Source: an uncultured cyanobacterium (GTDB taxonomy: Bacteria > Cyanobacteriota > Cyanobacteriia > Cyanobacteriales > CAWUOF01). From it: a stretch of DNA of 64,000 nucleotides. Below, piece by piece: positions 9,893 to 20,964 of the stretch (the first letter of the stretch is position 1; each line of letters begins with the position of its first letter). The notes under the pieces were generated by a model. That model made no database searches and was not told the DNA's origin. It saw only the letters and a list, made by a program, of their open reading frames with translations. The position numbers and the translations under genes are program-made. The DNA lies in NCBI GenBank assembly GCA_963744145.1, contig CAVUSO010000001.1, positions 640,001 through 704,000 of the forward strand. Direction: 5' to 3'.

Positions 9893-10786
9893 ATGGCATA
9901 TAGCTGGTGGGAAATTTCAATTCTCTGCGATCCAGCTCTAGAGGATTTAATCTTCTGGCGGCTTGATAAGTTTGGCGCTAAAGGTACTTCTAGTCAAATT
10001 AGAGGTAATTCCTGCTTGATCTGTGCCTATTTACCCCAAGAACAAGCTCAATTGCTGGACTTGGCTGCTTTGTCTTTGTGGCTCTATCAAGATGCGTTAA
10101 TTGCGGGTCAGTCCATCCCCGGGATGCAATGGAATTTAATTGATGAAGAAGATTGGGCTAGTAGTTGGAAAAAATATTGGTATCCCCAAAACATTGGCGA
10201 TCGCTTGTTAATTTGTCCTTCCTGGCTATCTGTACCAGCGGATTCTGATCGGTTAGTGATGCGTTTAGATCCAGGTGTGGCTTTTGGGACTGGTACTCAT
10301 GCGACCACTCAGCTTTGTTTAGAAGCATTAGAAATGCGTCTAGGTTTTGAGGAGACTACAGCAATAATTGCTGATATTGGCTGCGGATCGGGTATTTTAT
10401 CCATCGGTGCGGTTTTATTAGGCGCACAAAAGGTTTATGCGATCGATACTGATCCCTTAGCTGTCAGATCAACCATCAGTAATCGCGATGTGAATCAGGT
10501 CAGTAAAGAGCGTTTACTAGTTGGGCTGGGTAGCATCGAGAGCTTGATCCCAATGGTAGATCAACCTCTTGATGGGATCGTTTGTAATATTTTAGCTGAA
10601 GTAATTATTGACTTAATTCCCCAGATGGATGCTTTAGTTAAGCCTAGCACTTGGGGAATCATCAGCGGTGTTTTGTTAGAACAAGCCAAACCTGTAGCTG
10701 ACACTTTAGAACAACATGGTTGGATCGTCGCTACCCTCTGGCGCAGACAAGACTGGTGCTGTTTTAATATTCGACGATCTAATTAG
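9893..10786 (+). CDS. prmA: Ribosomal protein L11 methyltransferase
   Basis: [43 protein letters not shown]. Confidence 0.97.
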   Translation: MAYSWWEISILCDPALEDLIFWRLDKFGAKGTSSQIRGNSCLICAYLPQEQAQLLDLAALSLWLYQDALIAGQSIPGMQWNLIDEEDWASSWKKYWYPQNIGDRLLICPSWLSVPADSDRLVMRLDPGVAFGTGTHATTQLCLEALEMRLGFEETTAIIADIGCGSGILSIGAVLLGAQKVYAIDTDPLAVRSTISNRDVNQVSKERLLVGLGSIESLIPMVDQPLDGIVCNILAEVIIDLIPQMDALVKPSTWGIISGVLLEQAKPVADTLEQHGWIVATLWRRQDWCCFNIRRSN

Positions 10787-10792
10787 GGCCTG

Positions 10793-11218
10793 TCAATCAT
10801 CATCAGGGCGATTTTGGTTGGACTGATTAACATCGCCCGGACTTTTTTCCATCCAAACGATCTGACGTTGACTCGGATCAACCCGATCGCTTTGTTCTTG
10901 CATAATAGTTGGTGTTTGCTGAGGATCGAATAAACGACTAAATTCAGCTTGTAAACGATTAACGCGTCCTTCAGTGATTTTTACTTCTGCACGGATTTCT
11001 CGCAACTTTTCCTGTACTGATAAGTAATGAGGCAGATATTGTCCCAATGCCGAAATAGCTGCCCCTGATAAGACCAGATTCACCGTCAGCTTAGTCATAG
11101 TTTCCACCGCTAGAGCGAGACTGGGCTGACGTTGATGACGCTTTTTGTGACGGGGAGTAACTCGTTGTCTGGGTTGAGTTGGGGACAGCGAAGGGGTTAA
11201 GGGTTGAATTGCGTTCAT
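10793..11218 (-). CDS. Conserved cyanobacterial single-TM coiled-coil protein (FtsB/FtsL-like layout)
   Basis: Basic N-terminus, one TM helix, coiled coil; start moved to ATG 11218 (MNAIQP). Confidence 0.65.
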   Translation of the reverse strand: MNAIQPLTPSLSPTQPRQRVTPRHKKRHQRQPSLALAVETMTKLTVNLVLSGAAISALGQYLPHYLSVQEKLREIRAEVKITEGRVNRLQAEFSRLFDPQQTPTIMQEQSDRVDPSQRQIVWMEKSPGDVNQSNQNRPDDD

Positions 11219-11504
11219 GAAAAAGCCGTTAGTGAGTTCGACAATGCCTGTTGGGAAAGCATAGCTGTCTGTATGGCTGTTTGATTTAAAAGACGAGAAT
11301 ACCTGACTTCTACAAAAATCAATTAAACCGATCCGGAAGTTAAACATAGTTTATTCCGGGAATTATTGGTTTGTCGCTCTTTAATTTACCATTGTTGGTC
11401 TGCTGTAACAGCAAGAGTACATTAGCCTGATCTGTCTAGAAAAGATAGATGGCCAAAATTGCACTCTTGCTGAATCGGGTAGAGGTGAGCTAGATCAGGG
11501 GATC

Positions 11505-11600
11505 TTACTTGTATAGTTCTGTAGCTAGCCGGAAAGCTAAGATTCCAGGAATCAGTGCTATGACTAAAGCCACAAAAACTTGAGTATCAGATAAAGACAT
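11505..11600 (-). CDS. psaM: Photosystem I reaction centre subunit XII (below ORF-track cut-off)
   Basis: Translates to [41 protein letters not shown] upstream. Confidence 0.97.
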   Translation of the reverse strand: MSLSDTQVFVALVIALIPGILAFRLATELYK

Positions 11601-11877
11601 GGTAGAAAAACTCCTCTCTTATCAGGGGTAATCGTTCACCAATTTCGTCTAAATTGGTTTTTTTGGGAATACCTTGTAACAAGATGCAACAGAAAGGGGA
11701 CAAAATTCAACTCCCCACCAAAAATTACTTGCCTGATGAGCAGGAGTTTTTATGTGGGTGATCGCAGAAAGGTAACATAAAAATGTTACCCTAGGTTAAG
11801 GTTGGTAACTGCCGCAAGGCCAGAAATAATTTGCTCACTCCTGTTTTATTGAAGATGATTAGGCTCAAACACAGTTA

Positions 11878-12606
11878 ATGCTGGATCAATTTACTGATTT
11901 TTACCCCAGTCTAGGGATGGATGCTCTATTCCTACTGGTCATTTTAGTGGCTTTAGAAGCAGTTCTATCTGCTGATAATGCGATCGCTTTGGCTTCGATT
12001 GCCCAAGGTCTAGAAGATGAGAAACTCCAGCGTCAAGCCCTAAATCTGGGTTTGCTGGTAGCTTTTGGACTACGAATTACTTTGATTTTGGCTGCTACCT
12101 GGGTGATCCAGTTCTGGCAGTTTGAGCTATTAGGGGCACTCTATTTGTTATGGTTGGTATTCCAACACTTTAAATCTAATCCAGGTGCCGATGGAGAACA
12201 TCACGGGCCACGCTTTACGTCCCTGTGGCAAGCAATTCCTCTGATTGCGTTGACAGATTTGGCCTTTTCTCTGGATAGTGTAACTACAGCGATCGCCATT
12301 TCTGACAAAACCTGGCTAATTTTAACAGGGGCAGGAATTGGCATTATTACGCTCCGGTTTATGGCTGGGTTATTTATCCGTTGGTTAGATGAATACCTAC
12401 ATTTGGCCGATGCTGGCTATATTACAGTTGGTTTCGTGGGAATGCGATTGCTCCTCCGGGTAATTGCCCCGGAACAAGTGCCCCCAGAATGGCTGATGAT
12501 CGCTGCGATCGGTTTATTATTTGTCTGGGGATTTTCCAAACGTACTCCTCCTAAAGCTAATGAGAATAATGACTCACCCGAGCCAATGAGCGATCAAAAA
12601 TCATGA
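11878..12606 (+). CDS. TerC-family membrane protein
   Basis: LEAVLSADNA and IALTDLAFSLDSV motifs; multiple TM helices. Confidence 0.93.
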   Translation: MLDQFTDFYPSLGMDALFLLVILVALEAVLSADNAIALASIAQGLEDEKLQRQALNLGLLVAFGLRITLILAATWVIQFWQFELLGALYLLWLVFQHFKSNPGADGEHHGPRFTSLWQAIPLIALTDLAFSLDSVTTAIAISDKTWLILTGAGIGIITLRFMAGLFIRWLDEYLHLADAGYITVGFVGMRLLLRVIAPEQVPPEWLMIAAIGLLFVWGFSKRTPPKANENNDSPEPMSDQKS

Positions 12607-12615
12607 GTTGAGATT

Positions 12616-12643
12616 GAACTTTTTTGCTCTCCCTTTGGTCTAA
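12616..12643 (+). promoter_or_regulatory. Putative ECF (sigmaE-type) promoter upstream of the ECF sigma gene
   Basis: GAACTT-N16-GTCTAA; the same boxes and spacing recur at 14399-14426. Confidence 0.7.
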
Positions 12644-12684
12644 ATAATCAGCAATGACAAATCGGTCAGGGAGAGCCTCAAAAA

Positions 12685-13299
12685 GTGTTAACGGTGTCAG
12701 CTGATTTATCTATAAATGACCATTCCCAGCACCAACCAGATTACTCCGACTCGGCTTTGGTGCAACAGTGTTTAAAAGGCGATCGGCAAAGTTTTCGTCA
12801 CCTTTATCGCCGTTATCAGTCTAAAGTTAGATCTACTCTGTACCAGTTATGCGGAATCTCGGCTTTAGATGACCTAGTCCAAGAAGTATTTTTGCGAGTT
12901 TGGAAAGGTTTGCCCAATTTACGGGAAACCGGGAAATTTTCCACCTGGATTTATCGAATTACTTGGAATGTAGCCACAGACAAAAGACGAGAGTTTGCTC
13001 AACAGCGTTTTCAACTAGAAACCCTTTATAGTAAAGACGCGATCGCACAGGTTTCTCATCTTTCCCAGGTCACAGATTTTGACCTGATGTATTTGCATTA
13101 TCAAGATTTAGTTCAGCGAGGACTAGCTCATCTCAGTTTAGAGCATCGTAGTGTTCTAGTTTTACACGATTTAGAAGAAGTTCCCCAAAAAGAGGTAGCC
13201 GAAATTTTGAGTATTCCTGTTGGTACGGTCAAATCTCGGTTGTTTCGGGCTCGTGCTGCGCTGCGAGAATTTCTTCAGCAGGAAGGGGTACAACTTTAA
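12685..13299 (+). CDS. ECF-family RNA polymerase sigma factor
   Basis: DDLVQEVFLRVW, FSTWIYRITWN, EVAEILSIPVGTVKSRLFRAR. Confidence 0.95.
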   Translation: MLTVSADLSINDHSQHQPDYSDSALVQQCLKGDRQSFRHLYRRYQSKVRSTLYQLCGISALDDLVQEVFLRVWKGLPNLRETGKFSTWIYRITWNVATDKRREFAQQRFQLETLYSKDAIAQVSHLSQVTDFDLMYLHYQDLVQRGLAHLSLEHRSVLVLHDLEEVPQKEVAEILSIPVGTVKSRLFRARAALREFLQQEGVQL

Positions 13300-13438
13300 T
13301 GAAGTGGAAATGTTAAATTTGGTGTTTGGGTTGAATTTTTAACGAATTTGATTTAAGATATTCTATTTTAATTGCCACTACAGTTCCTTTGGAGTTAAGG
13401 CTACTACAGATCAACAAGGTATTCAGGAGGTTTAACAG

Positions 13439-13846
13439 GTGACTAAGTTTTCTAACGATGATGAACCTTTAGTTGAGTTTTTGCAAAAGCATCGTCCCCA
13501 TATTCCAGAGGGAAAAGCTGATTTAGAAGCGCAAATTATGGCTGTAATTAGTAATTCGGAAACTATCTTACAGCTAAATCAGTCAAATCGATTTATGCAG
13601 AACGTGGGAAGAGGTTTTCATTGGTGGTTGTGGTTTATCCCCGCAGCGATCGCGGCGGTTGTCCTGATGACTTGGGGAGGACAGCGTTACTTAAGTGCAT
13701 CTAAACCTAATCCAGCTCAATTAGCAAGTTTAGAAGCTTTCATAGAAAGCAACTGGGATGGTTCCGGAGTTGATACTGAACCAATGGATAATGATTCTGA
13801 CTCGACCGTTCCTTCCCCATTCCAAATCCGTCATTTGCAGAGGTGA
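13439..13846 (+). CDS. Putative single-TM anti-sigma factor
   Basis: Directly follows the ECF sigma gene; short cytoplasmic domain plus one TM helix. Confidence 0.7.
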   Translation: MTKFSNDDEPLVEFLQKHRPHIPEGKADLEAQIMAVISNSETILQLNQSNRFMQNVGRGFHWWLWFIPAAIAAVVLMTWGGQRYLSASKPNPAQLASLEAFIESNWDGSGVDTEPMDNDSDSTVPSPFQIRHLQR

Positions 13847-14364
13847 GTTTCATGTATTTGCGGAGATTTTCGATTTTAGTAGTTGTGGTATTAGCAATTG
13901 CTAATTCTTCGGTTGCGAGCGCAACCCAAATCAATAAACCAGATAATATTATCCCACCAACAACTTTGAAATCGTCAGATTTCCAACTAGAAATTTCTCA
14001 GATTATTGCTGATGAAAGTACCAGTCGTACTCATCCTCAATGGATTCAAAAACTAAATCTGACGGAAGAGCAAACCCAGAGAATGCAGGAGATCCAGAAC
14101 CAATACAAAGGTCAAATTGCTGAAAAACAAAATTCATTTCATCGCGCACAGCAAGAGTTACGAGAAATGATTGCTAGTTCGGCTTCACCGACCCAAATTC
14201 GCGCCAAACATCGGGAAGTGCAATTGTTAAAGGATCAGCTAGAACGATTACATCTAGAAAGTATAATTGCGATTCGAGAAGTCTTAACTCCTGAGCAACG
14301 TCGTCAATTCGATCAAATTATGGAAGAACGTCGAGAAAATGCCCACTCTAAAGCAGGACAGTAA
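13843..14364 (+). CDS. Spy/CpxP-family periplasmic protein
   Basis: Signal peptide; LNLTEEQ and VLTPEQR (LTxxQ) motifs. Confidence 0.9.
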   Translation: MSFMYLRRFSILVVVVLAIANSSVASATQINKPDNIIPPTTLKSSDFQLEISQIIADESTSRTHPQWIQKLNLTEEQTQRMQEIQNQYKGQIAEKQNSFHRAQQELREMIASSASPTQIRAKHREVQLLKDQLERLHLESIIAIREVLTPEQRRQFDQIMEERRENAHSKAGQ

Positions 14365-14398
14365 TAATATTTTATGAAAATTTTTAATCCTGGAATTG

Positions 14399-14426
14399 GA
14401 ACTTTTATTGACAGTGATGAGTCTAA
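14399..14426 (+). promoter_or_regulatory. Second putative ECF promoter
   Basis: GAACTT-N16-GTCTAA, 75 nt before ATG 14502. Confidence 0.7.
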
Positions 14427-14501
14427 AGTTATAGGATAAATACATATCCAGGGAAATGTAGTAGCTGATTCAGTAATTCTAATTTTGAGGTCAAAATAAT
14501 C

Positions 14502-14790
14502 ATGCGTTTGTCCAAAAATTTGATGATTCCTGTTGGTGTAATTAGCTTGGCTCTAGTAGCTGGTGCTGCTGCTATTTCTCCTCTAGCTGCTCAACAAACT
14601 AAAGCGGAAACTAAGGCATATTCATGTCCAAATATGCTAGGAGCAAGAAACTTATTACTTCAAGCTCGCATTCGATTACAAGATGCGTCCCATGATTTCG
14701 ATGGTCATCGGACAGGCGGCGTTAGACCATGTTAACCACGCTATTGAGGAAGCAAACGCAGCTTTGAAAACAGACGATTGTAAAAGATAG
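14502..14790 (+). CDS. Small secreted helical protein with an HDFDGHR motif; +1 frameshift near 14715
   Basis: Signal peptide; removing one G in ACAGGCG continues ...GHRTAALDHVNHAIEEANAALKTDDCKR* to TAG 14790. Confidence 0.65.
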
Positions 14791-15032
14791 CCCTAATCAA
14801 AAGGTAAGTCTTTTAGATATTTTCTGTTACAGATAATTTGTCAGTGTTTTTATCCCATACCTTGATGGTATGGGTGTTAGTACCTAAGAGATCACTAAGT
14901 CCGATCGCAATACTTCGAGGTCTATCCCCCTAAAAAAAAGAAATAACTTACTCCCTTGATCAGAGGTGCTAGGGGTGATCAAAACTATAAAGCATTTTAC
15001 CTTTAACTAGGGCACCTAACCAGGTTAATTTT

Positions 15033-16545
15033 ATGAATTTAACTCAAAAAATTTCCTTAGTTTCAATATTATTAGGCATAGGTCTCCTGGGTTCAGTCAA
15101 AGTTGCTAAATCCTCCATTGATGCCCAAATACCAATTGTCATTAATCGTCTTACTTTTGGAGCTAAACCAGGGGAAATAGAAAAAATTCAATCCCTGGGA
15201 GTAGAACAATATATCCAGCAGCAACTTTCACCAGAGTCTATTCCAGAATCAGAAGAACTAAATCAACAACTGAATGCTTTACCAACCTTGCACAAAACTC
15301 CCGTAGAAATTTTTAAAGAATATAGTATCCAAGCATCGAAAAAAAATGGAACCGCAAGTCAGGAAGATAAAAAAGCAGCCCGTGAACGGATGAATCTTCC
15401 CACCAAAGAAGCGATTCAAGCCAGATTTTTGCGGAATCTGGAAAGTAACAGACAGTTACAAGAAATCATGGTTGACTTTTGGTATAACCATTTTAATGTT
15501 TTTTCTGGTAAAGGGTTAGATGTTCTCTGGGTAGGAGCTTATGAAGAACAAGCAATCAGACCCTATGCTTTGGGAAAATTTCGGGATTTATTAGGTGCTA
15601 CAGCCCATCATCCAGCGATGTTATTTTATTTAGATAATTGGCAAAATGTTGCTCCTAATAATAAAAAACAACCAAGGGGAGGTAAGTTACAGGGATTAAA
15701 TGAAAATTATGCTCGTGAATTAATGGAATTACACACTTTAGGTGTAGATGGTGGTTATAATCAATCAGATGTAATTGCATTAGCTCGGATTTTGACTGGT
15801 TGGGGATTAAGACCTGGTCAGCAGGCTAATGATAGTGATGGCTTTTATTTTAATGCTAAACAGCACGATTTTAGTGACAAAGTGTTTTTGGGTAAAACGA
15901 TTAAAGGAGCAGGAATTTCTGAAGGAGAAGCAGCTTTAGATATTTTAGCTCGACATCCGGCTACTGCTCATCACATTAGTTATCAATTAGCCCAGTATTT
16001 TGTTGCGGATCAACCACCCAAGTCTTTAGTAGATACTTTAACGAAAAAGTTTTTAGAGACAGATGGGGATATTCGTGAGGTGTTAAATACCTTGTTCCAC
16101 AGTCAGGAATTTTGGGATACAAAAACCTACAATGCTAAGTTTAAAACCCCCTTACAATATATTATTTCTTCTGTGAGAGCAACGGATTTAAAGGTTAATA
16201 ACTTTCGACCGCTTTATGGATTTTTAGACCAGTTAGGAATGCCATTATATGGTTGTCAAACACCTGATGGTTATAAAAATACTCAGGATGCTTGGCTCAA
16301 TCCCGACGCAATGACAAGACGTTCTGAGTTTTGCGACCGGATTAGCGAGCGGTCGGATGCCATTATGGATTGAAAATCCTGAGAATAATGGACGTCCTGT
16401 CCCTCAAAAACCTGTAGATTATAACCAGTTATCTAATACTTTAGGTAATAATTTTTCAACCAAAACCAATCAAACGATCGCTTCAAGTCCTGTCCAACTG
16501 CGATCGGCTTTGATTTTAGGTAGTCCGGAATTTATGTACAAGTAA
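15033..16545 (+). CDS. DUF1800 family protein; one +1 frameshift near 16323 joins the two ORFs
   Basis: RLTFG, FWYNHFNV, PAMLFYLDN, NENYARELMELHTLG; repaired frame reads MTRRLSFATGLASG... and ends LILGSPEFMYK. Confidence 0.9.
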
Positions 16546-16595
16546 GTGGAAGTGATCAAATATCCCGATTAACTAACAAACTAGGAATCATCATT

Positions 16596-17822
16596 ATGAA
16601 AAGACGCAAATTTTTACTCCAAGCAGGATTATTTTCAACCGGATTCCTCATTCCGATCGGTGTGCGTGGTTGGGCTACAACTGGATTAGCGATGGGAAGT
16701 AATCCTAAACGTTTAATTGTCATCTTTTTACGTGGAGCTGTCGATGGATTAAATGTGGTGATTCCCTATCAAGAAGCAGCTTATTACCAAACTCGACCAA
16801 GAATTGCGATTCCACATCCGGGTCAACCGGGAGGAGCGATCGATTTAGATGGAAGTTTTGGATTACATCCAGCTCTATCTCCCCTAATGTCTGCTTGGAA
16901 ACAAGGTAATTTAGCTTTTGTCCATGCTTGTGGTTCACCTGATCCGACTCGTTCTCACTTTGATGCTCAGGACTATATGGAAAGTGGTACTCCTGGGGTG
17001 AAATCAACTAAAGATGGGTGGATGAATCGTTTATTAGGAAATTTACCAGGGCGATCGCCTGTTCAAGCAGTTAATTTAGGGGATACTACTCCGCGTATAT
17101 TAACAGGAAGAATGGCTGTGGCTAGTTTACCATTAGGTAAAGCCGGAGCTAATCCGTTACCATTAGATCGACCAAAAGTTGGTGCTGCCTTTGATCGTCT
17201 TTATAGTGGTAATGATCAGATTAGTACAGTATACCATGAAGGAAGGATGGCACGTCAGACTCTCTTGAGTGATTTAGACGCAGAAATGAAAGCTGCTAAT
17301 CATGGTGCCCCTCTACCTAATGGTTTTCCTGCTGATGCTCAACGACTCGGAAAATTAATGGCTAGAGATCCTAGTATTCAACTGGCTTTTTTAGCCTTGG
17401 GTGGTTGGGATACTCATGTGAATGAAGGTGGTACTCAAGGACAATTAGCCGGACGGTTGTCGAATTTGGGACAAGGTTTAGATACTTTAGCTAAATCATT
17501 AGGTCCAGTTTATCAGAATACGGCGATCGTCGTCATGTCCGAATTTGGGCGTACTGTCCATGAAAATGGTGATGGTGGTACGGATCATGGTCATGGAAAC
17601 GTCATGTGGGTTTTAGGTGGTGGAATTAAAGGGGGTCAAATTTATGGCCAATGGCCAGGTTTAGGGGACTCTCAACTTTATCAGAAACGGGATTTAGCCG
17701 TAACTACCGATTTTCGCGATGTAATTGCTAGTTTGTTAGCAGGACATTTGCAGTTGGAGCCGGAAAAAATTAGTAAGATTTTTCCTAATTATGCCATTAA
17801 TCAAAAAATTCAGCTAGTTTAG
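16596..17822 (+). CDS. DUF1501 family protein with Tat signal
   Basis: MKRRKFL; FLRGAVDGL, TRSHFDAQ, GGWDTH, SEFGRT, GTDHGHG. Confidence 0.93.
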   Translation: MKRRKFLLQAGLFSTGFLIPIGVRGWATTGLAMGSNPKRLIVIFLRGAVDGLNVVIPYQEAAYYQTRPRIAIPHPGQPGGAIDLDGSFGLHPALSPLMSAWKQGNLAFVHACGSPDPTRSHFDAQDYMESGTPGVKSTKDGWMNRLLGNLPGRSPVQAVNLGDTTPRILTGRMAVASLPLGKAGANPLPLDRPKVGAAFDRLYSGNDQISTVYHEGRMARQTLLSDLDAEMKAANHGAPLPNGFPADAQRLGKLMARDPSIQLAFLALGGWDTHVNEGGTQGQLAGRLSNLGQGLDTLAKSLGPVYQNTAIVVMSEFGRTVHENGDGGTDHGHGNVMWVLGGGIKGGQIYGQWPGLGDSQLYQKRDLAVTTDFRDVIASLLAGHLQLEPEKISKIFPNYAINQKIQLV

Positions 17823-17884
17823 GTTTTGAATTTTTGGATTGAGTAGAACTACAGCACCTCTATTTGGAGATTTTCTATTGCTTT

Positions 17885-18061
17885 ATGAACAAATTAATTA
17901 TCAGTATTGGTGCTTTTGTAGGTTCTACAATTGGAGGCTATATCCCCCTGATTTGGGGAGGAAGTTTGTTATCAGTTACATCCATATTTTTGGGGATGAT
18001 TGGTGGTATTTTGGGCATCGTGATCGGGTATGTTATTTCCAAACGGATGGGGTTTATTTAA
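17885..18061 (+). CDS. Small Gly-rich two-TM membrane protein
   Basis: MNKLIISIGAFVGSTIGGYIPLIWGG...GMIGGILGIVIGY glycine-zipper pattern. Confidence 0.6.
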   Translation: MNKLIISIGAFVGSTIGGYIPLIWGGSLLSVTSIFLGMIGGILGIVIGYVISKRMGFI

Positions 18062-18086
18062 TCTAGCTCCTCGCTCAAGATCAGAC

Positions 18087-19754
18087 TTATTTCCCTCCCG
18101 TTGATTCCCCCTCTTTTTTAAGTTTGACAAAAATATCATAGCGAGTGGTGCGATCGCTAGTCACTGCTAGGGTTAACCCCATCACATGGATTGAATTGAT
18201 CCAGTCTTTTTGATTAGGAGGTAATTGGAATAAACTATATTTACCGTTGTTAATCATCTGGTCAACATCAATGAAAAAGTTACCATTATTGGGATTAAGT
18301 TGATTAGGGACTGATGTTTGCCAGACTTTATTTGTCGTTAATGTGTCGGTCGGTTTGGGAACAATACTATTAGCTACTGGTCCGCCAATGGTTAAGTAAG
18401 CAATATTATGATCTAACCATCCATGAAAGAAATTTACGCCACCTTGCGGAGATGTCCAAGCGATCGCAGGTTGTTCGTTTAATTTAGTTTCAGTTACTTT
18501 AAATTTGTATTTAATCTTCATTACCTCATCTAGTTGACCGAGGAATTTTTCGGCTGCACGACGATTGTTGCTTTGCACCATCAATACCATTCCTAAGGGC
18601 AATTTTTCGGGACTATTGTCACTTCCAGGAATCAAAGATAAAGAAAATTCCCCAGCCATCCATGGGATGATATCCTGATCAATATCTGTACCTGTAGTAG
18701 ATGCAATTGCTTTTCTCAACCAATCAGGGCTAACTGTATTGAGTGGATTATAATTAGCATCTTGCTGATAATCTTGCCATAAGCGTTGTAAATTACCACC
18801 AGAAAGCATCATGAGGGTATTTGCTGGTAGAAGTGTGGGCATAATCTTGGCATTATTTTCCACGACCAAGGTTTTGGTACTATGGGGTTTGAGCCAAGAA
18901 ATACTCTTCCATAACAGCCCTTCCGGTTCTAATATTACTGTTGTGGCTAAACCCTGCCAATTTTGTTGAAATAATGCTAAGTTTTGTGGTGGTAGGGGTT
19001 GCACTGACTGCGCTGAAGCGATCGCCGCAGCAATTGGTAAGTTTAAGTATAATTTAGCCAGAGAAGAAGTAGAGTCTTGAATTTGACTGAAAGCATCCAT
19101 ATATCCCGGAGTAATTGCTAAAGATGCTCCTCCTTGAGCTGTATCAATTGTCCGTTCGATCACCTTGGGATCTTCGGTTACCACTAAATAAGGTCCATCC
19201 AGAACTGCGATCGCATAATTATGGTCAGGAAGTCCTTGAGTTTCTTTAATTGTGATCCCTTTATAGGTATGTTCCACCCATTTACCGGTGGAGAGAGGTT
19301 TAGGTTTTTCTAGGATCTGTTTAGCTAAACTAGGATTTTCGATCGGTAACACCACCAGAATGGAGTTTTGTCCCACTGGGACTTGATTGGTGTTAGCACT
19401 CGGAGGAGGTAATATGGCAATAGTTATTTCTTTACCTACCCAGGGTTTAATGTCTGTTTGGAAGTCGTAACCTTGAGCATTCAAAAAGCGATCGCGCCAT
19501 TCTCCGAATTTTTGCGCTAAACTCGCTTGTAGTTCTGGAGTCCCAAATTGTTGTAGTTTTTGCCATTGTTCTGGATTGGTAGAAACAGAAATAGTACCTA
19601 AAACATCCTGGGGAATAATACTAGCACCGACTTGGATATGGTCTAAACGTCCTTTTTGACTCAAAATCCAATAAATAAAAATCCCACCACTAATTAGTAA
19701 AATCGCAGCTCCGATGTTAATTAATCGGGATTTTTTCTTTTTTTCCAATATCAT
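18087..19754 (-). CDS. DUF3352 domain protein
   Basis: N-terminal TM anchor; [13 protein letters not shown] and [12 protein letters not shown] motifs. Confidence 0.88.
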   Translation of the reverse strand: MILEKKKKSRLINIGAAILLISGGIFIYWILSQKGRLDHIQVGASIIPQDVLGTISVSTNPEQWQKLQQFGTPELQASLAQKFGEWRDRFLNAQGYDFQTDIKPWVGKEITIAILPPPSANTNQVPVGQNSILVVLPIENPSLAKQILEKPKPLSTGKWVEHTYKGITIKETQGLPDHNYAIAVLDGPYLVVTEDPKVIERTIDTAQGGASLAITPGYMDAFSQIQDSTSSLAKLYLNLPIAAAIASAQSVQPLPPQNLALFQQNWQGLATTVILEPEGLLWKSISWLKPHSTKTLVVENNAKIMPTLLPANTLMMLSGGNLQRLWQDYQQDANYNPLNTVSPDWLRKAIASTTGTDIDQDIIPWMAGEFSLSLIPGSDNSPEKLPLGMVLMVQSNNRRAAEKFLGQLDEVMKIKYKFKVTETKLNEQPAIAWTSPQGGVNFFHGWLDHNIAYLTIGGPVANSIVPKPTDTLTTNKVWQTSVPNQLNPNNGNFFIDVDQMINNGKYSLFQLPPNQKDWINSIHVMGLTLAVTSDRTTRYDIFVKLKKEGESTGGK

Positions 19755-20902
19755 GCACTTAACCTAATATCCTCTAATCGCTGATAAAGAGTATCCCGTT
19801 GTTGAGCGGGACGTCCCAAAGAATGAATTGCAGCTTGTAAACTTTCTGCTTCCATACAACTACCACCTTTTGCACCAGCCATGGTGGTAATATGTTCTTC
19901 CATTAACGTCCCACCCAGATCATTACAACCCCACTTCAATGCTTCTATTGCTCCAGCTAGACCAAGTTTAACCCAGCTCGGTTGATGATTAGGAATCCAA
20001 TTTCCTAAAAAAATTCTTGCTACTGCTGTAATTAAAAGTACATCTTGCAGAATTGGTTGATCTCGTCCCACTCGACGACGTAAGGGAGCAGGAGCCATTT
20101 CTCCGACAAAAGGTAATAAAATAAATTCGGTAATTCCCCGATTTCCTTGATTTTTGGCGATTTTTTGGAGCGATCGCAATTTCTCTAAATGTCCCATGAT
20201 TTGGATAGGAGTCTCAATATGTCCACAAAGCATGGTACTGGTGGTAGGGATTCCCTGTTGATGAGCGATTCCCACAATTTCTAACCAGGTGGCGCTATTA
20301 ATTTTTTCTGGACAAATAATTTTCCGCACAGCATCATCAAGAACCTCAGCTGCGGTTCCGGGAAGAGAATCGACACCTGCATTTTTTAGGGTCTGGATTA
20401 CTTCTTGATAACTTAGTTGATCTTCTCTAGCAATAAATTGGACTTCTTGGGGAGAAAAAGCATGGAGGTGTAACTGGGGAAATTGATCTTTAATGGAGCG
20501 GATTAATTTGACATAATAAGATAAGGAAGAACCATTAATTTTTGCTTTCTGATTTAATCCTCCTTGCATACAAATTTCTGTAGCTCTTCTCTTGACTGCA
20601 TCAGTAGCTTTGTCCAAAATTTGGGACCAATCTAGCCAAAATGCACCAATTTCACCCTCATCTCGTCGAAAAGCACAAAAACTACAGTGTTGTTCGCAGA
20701 TATTGGTAAAGTTAATATTCCGATTAATTACATAGGTGACAGTTTTTCCAACTTGGCGATCGCGAAGTTGATCTGCGGTTTCTTGAATGGCAATTATCTG
20801 ATTTGGTTCGGTTTGTTCGAGTAGCACTATTCCATCTACTGAGTTAATATCATCATTAGCTAGGGCGCGATTAAGGATATCTTCAACAATTTTACTTTTC
20901 AT
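19751..20902 (-). CDS. cofH: FO synthase subunit CofH (radical SAM)
   Basis: [52 protein letters not shown]. Confidence 0.93.
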   Translation of the reverse strand: MKSKIVEDILNRALANDDINSVDGIVLLEQTEPNQIIAIQETADQLRDRQVGKTVTYVINRNINFTNICEQHCSFCAFRRDEGEIGAFWLDWSQILDKATDAVKRRATEICMQGGLNQKAKINGSSLSYYVKLIRSIKDQFPQLHLHAFSPQEVQFIAREDQLSYQEVIQTLKNAGVDSLPGTAAEVLDDAVRKIICPEKINSATWLEIVGIAHQQGIPTTSTMLCGHIETPIQIMGHLEKLRSLQKIAKNQGNRGITEFILLPFVGEMAPAPLRRRVGRDQPILQDVLLITAVARIFLGNWIPNHQPSWVKLGLAGAIEALKWGCNDLGGTLMEEHITTMAGAKGGSCMEAESLQAAIHSLGRPAQQRDTLYQRLEDIRLSA

Positions 20903-20964
20903 GTTAACTCTGGGATCAACCTAATTTTTTGTTAATCCTAACACATCTAATTGCTACTCATCGG

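Noticed and set aside
11690..11830. yybP-ykoY (Mn2+) riboswitch upstream of terC
   Set aside because: Only AAAGGGGA and a loose GCAAGGCC resemble the consensus; I could not build the conserved core. An Rfam scan would settle it.
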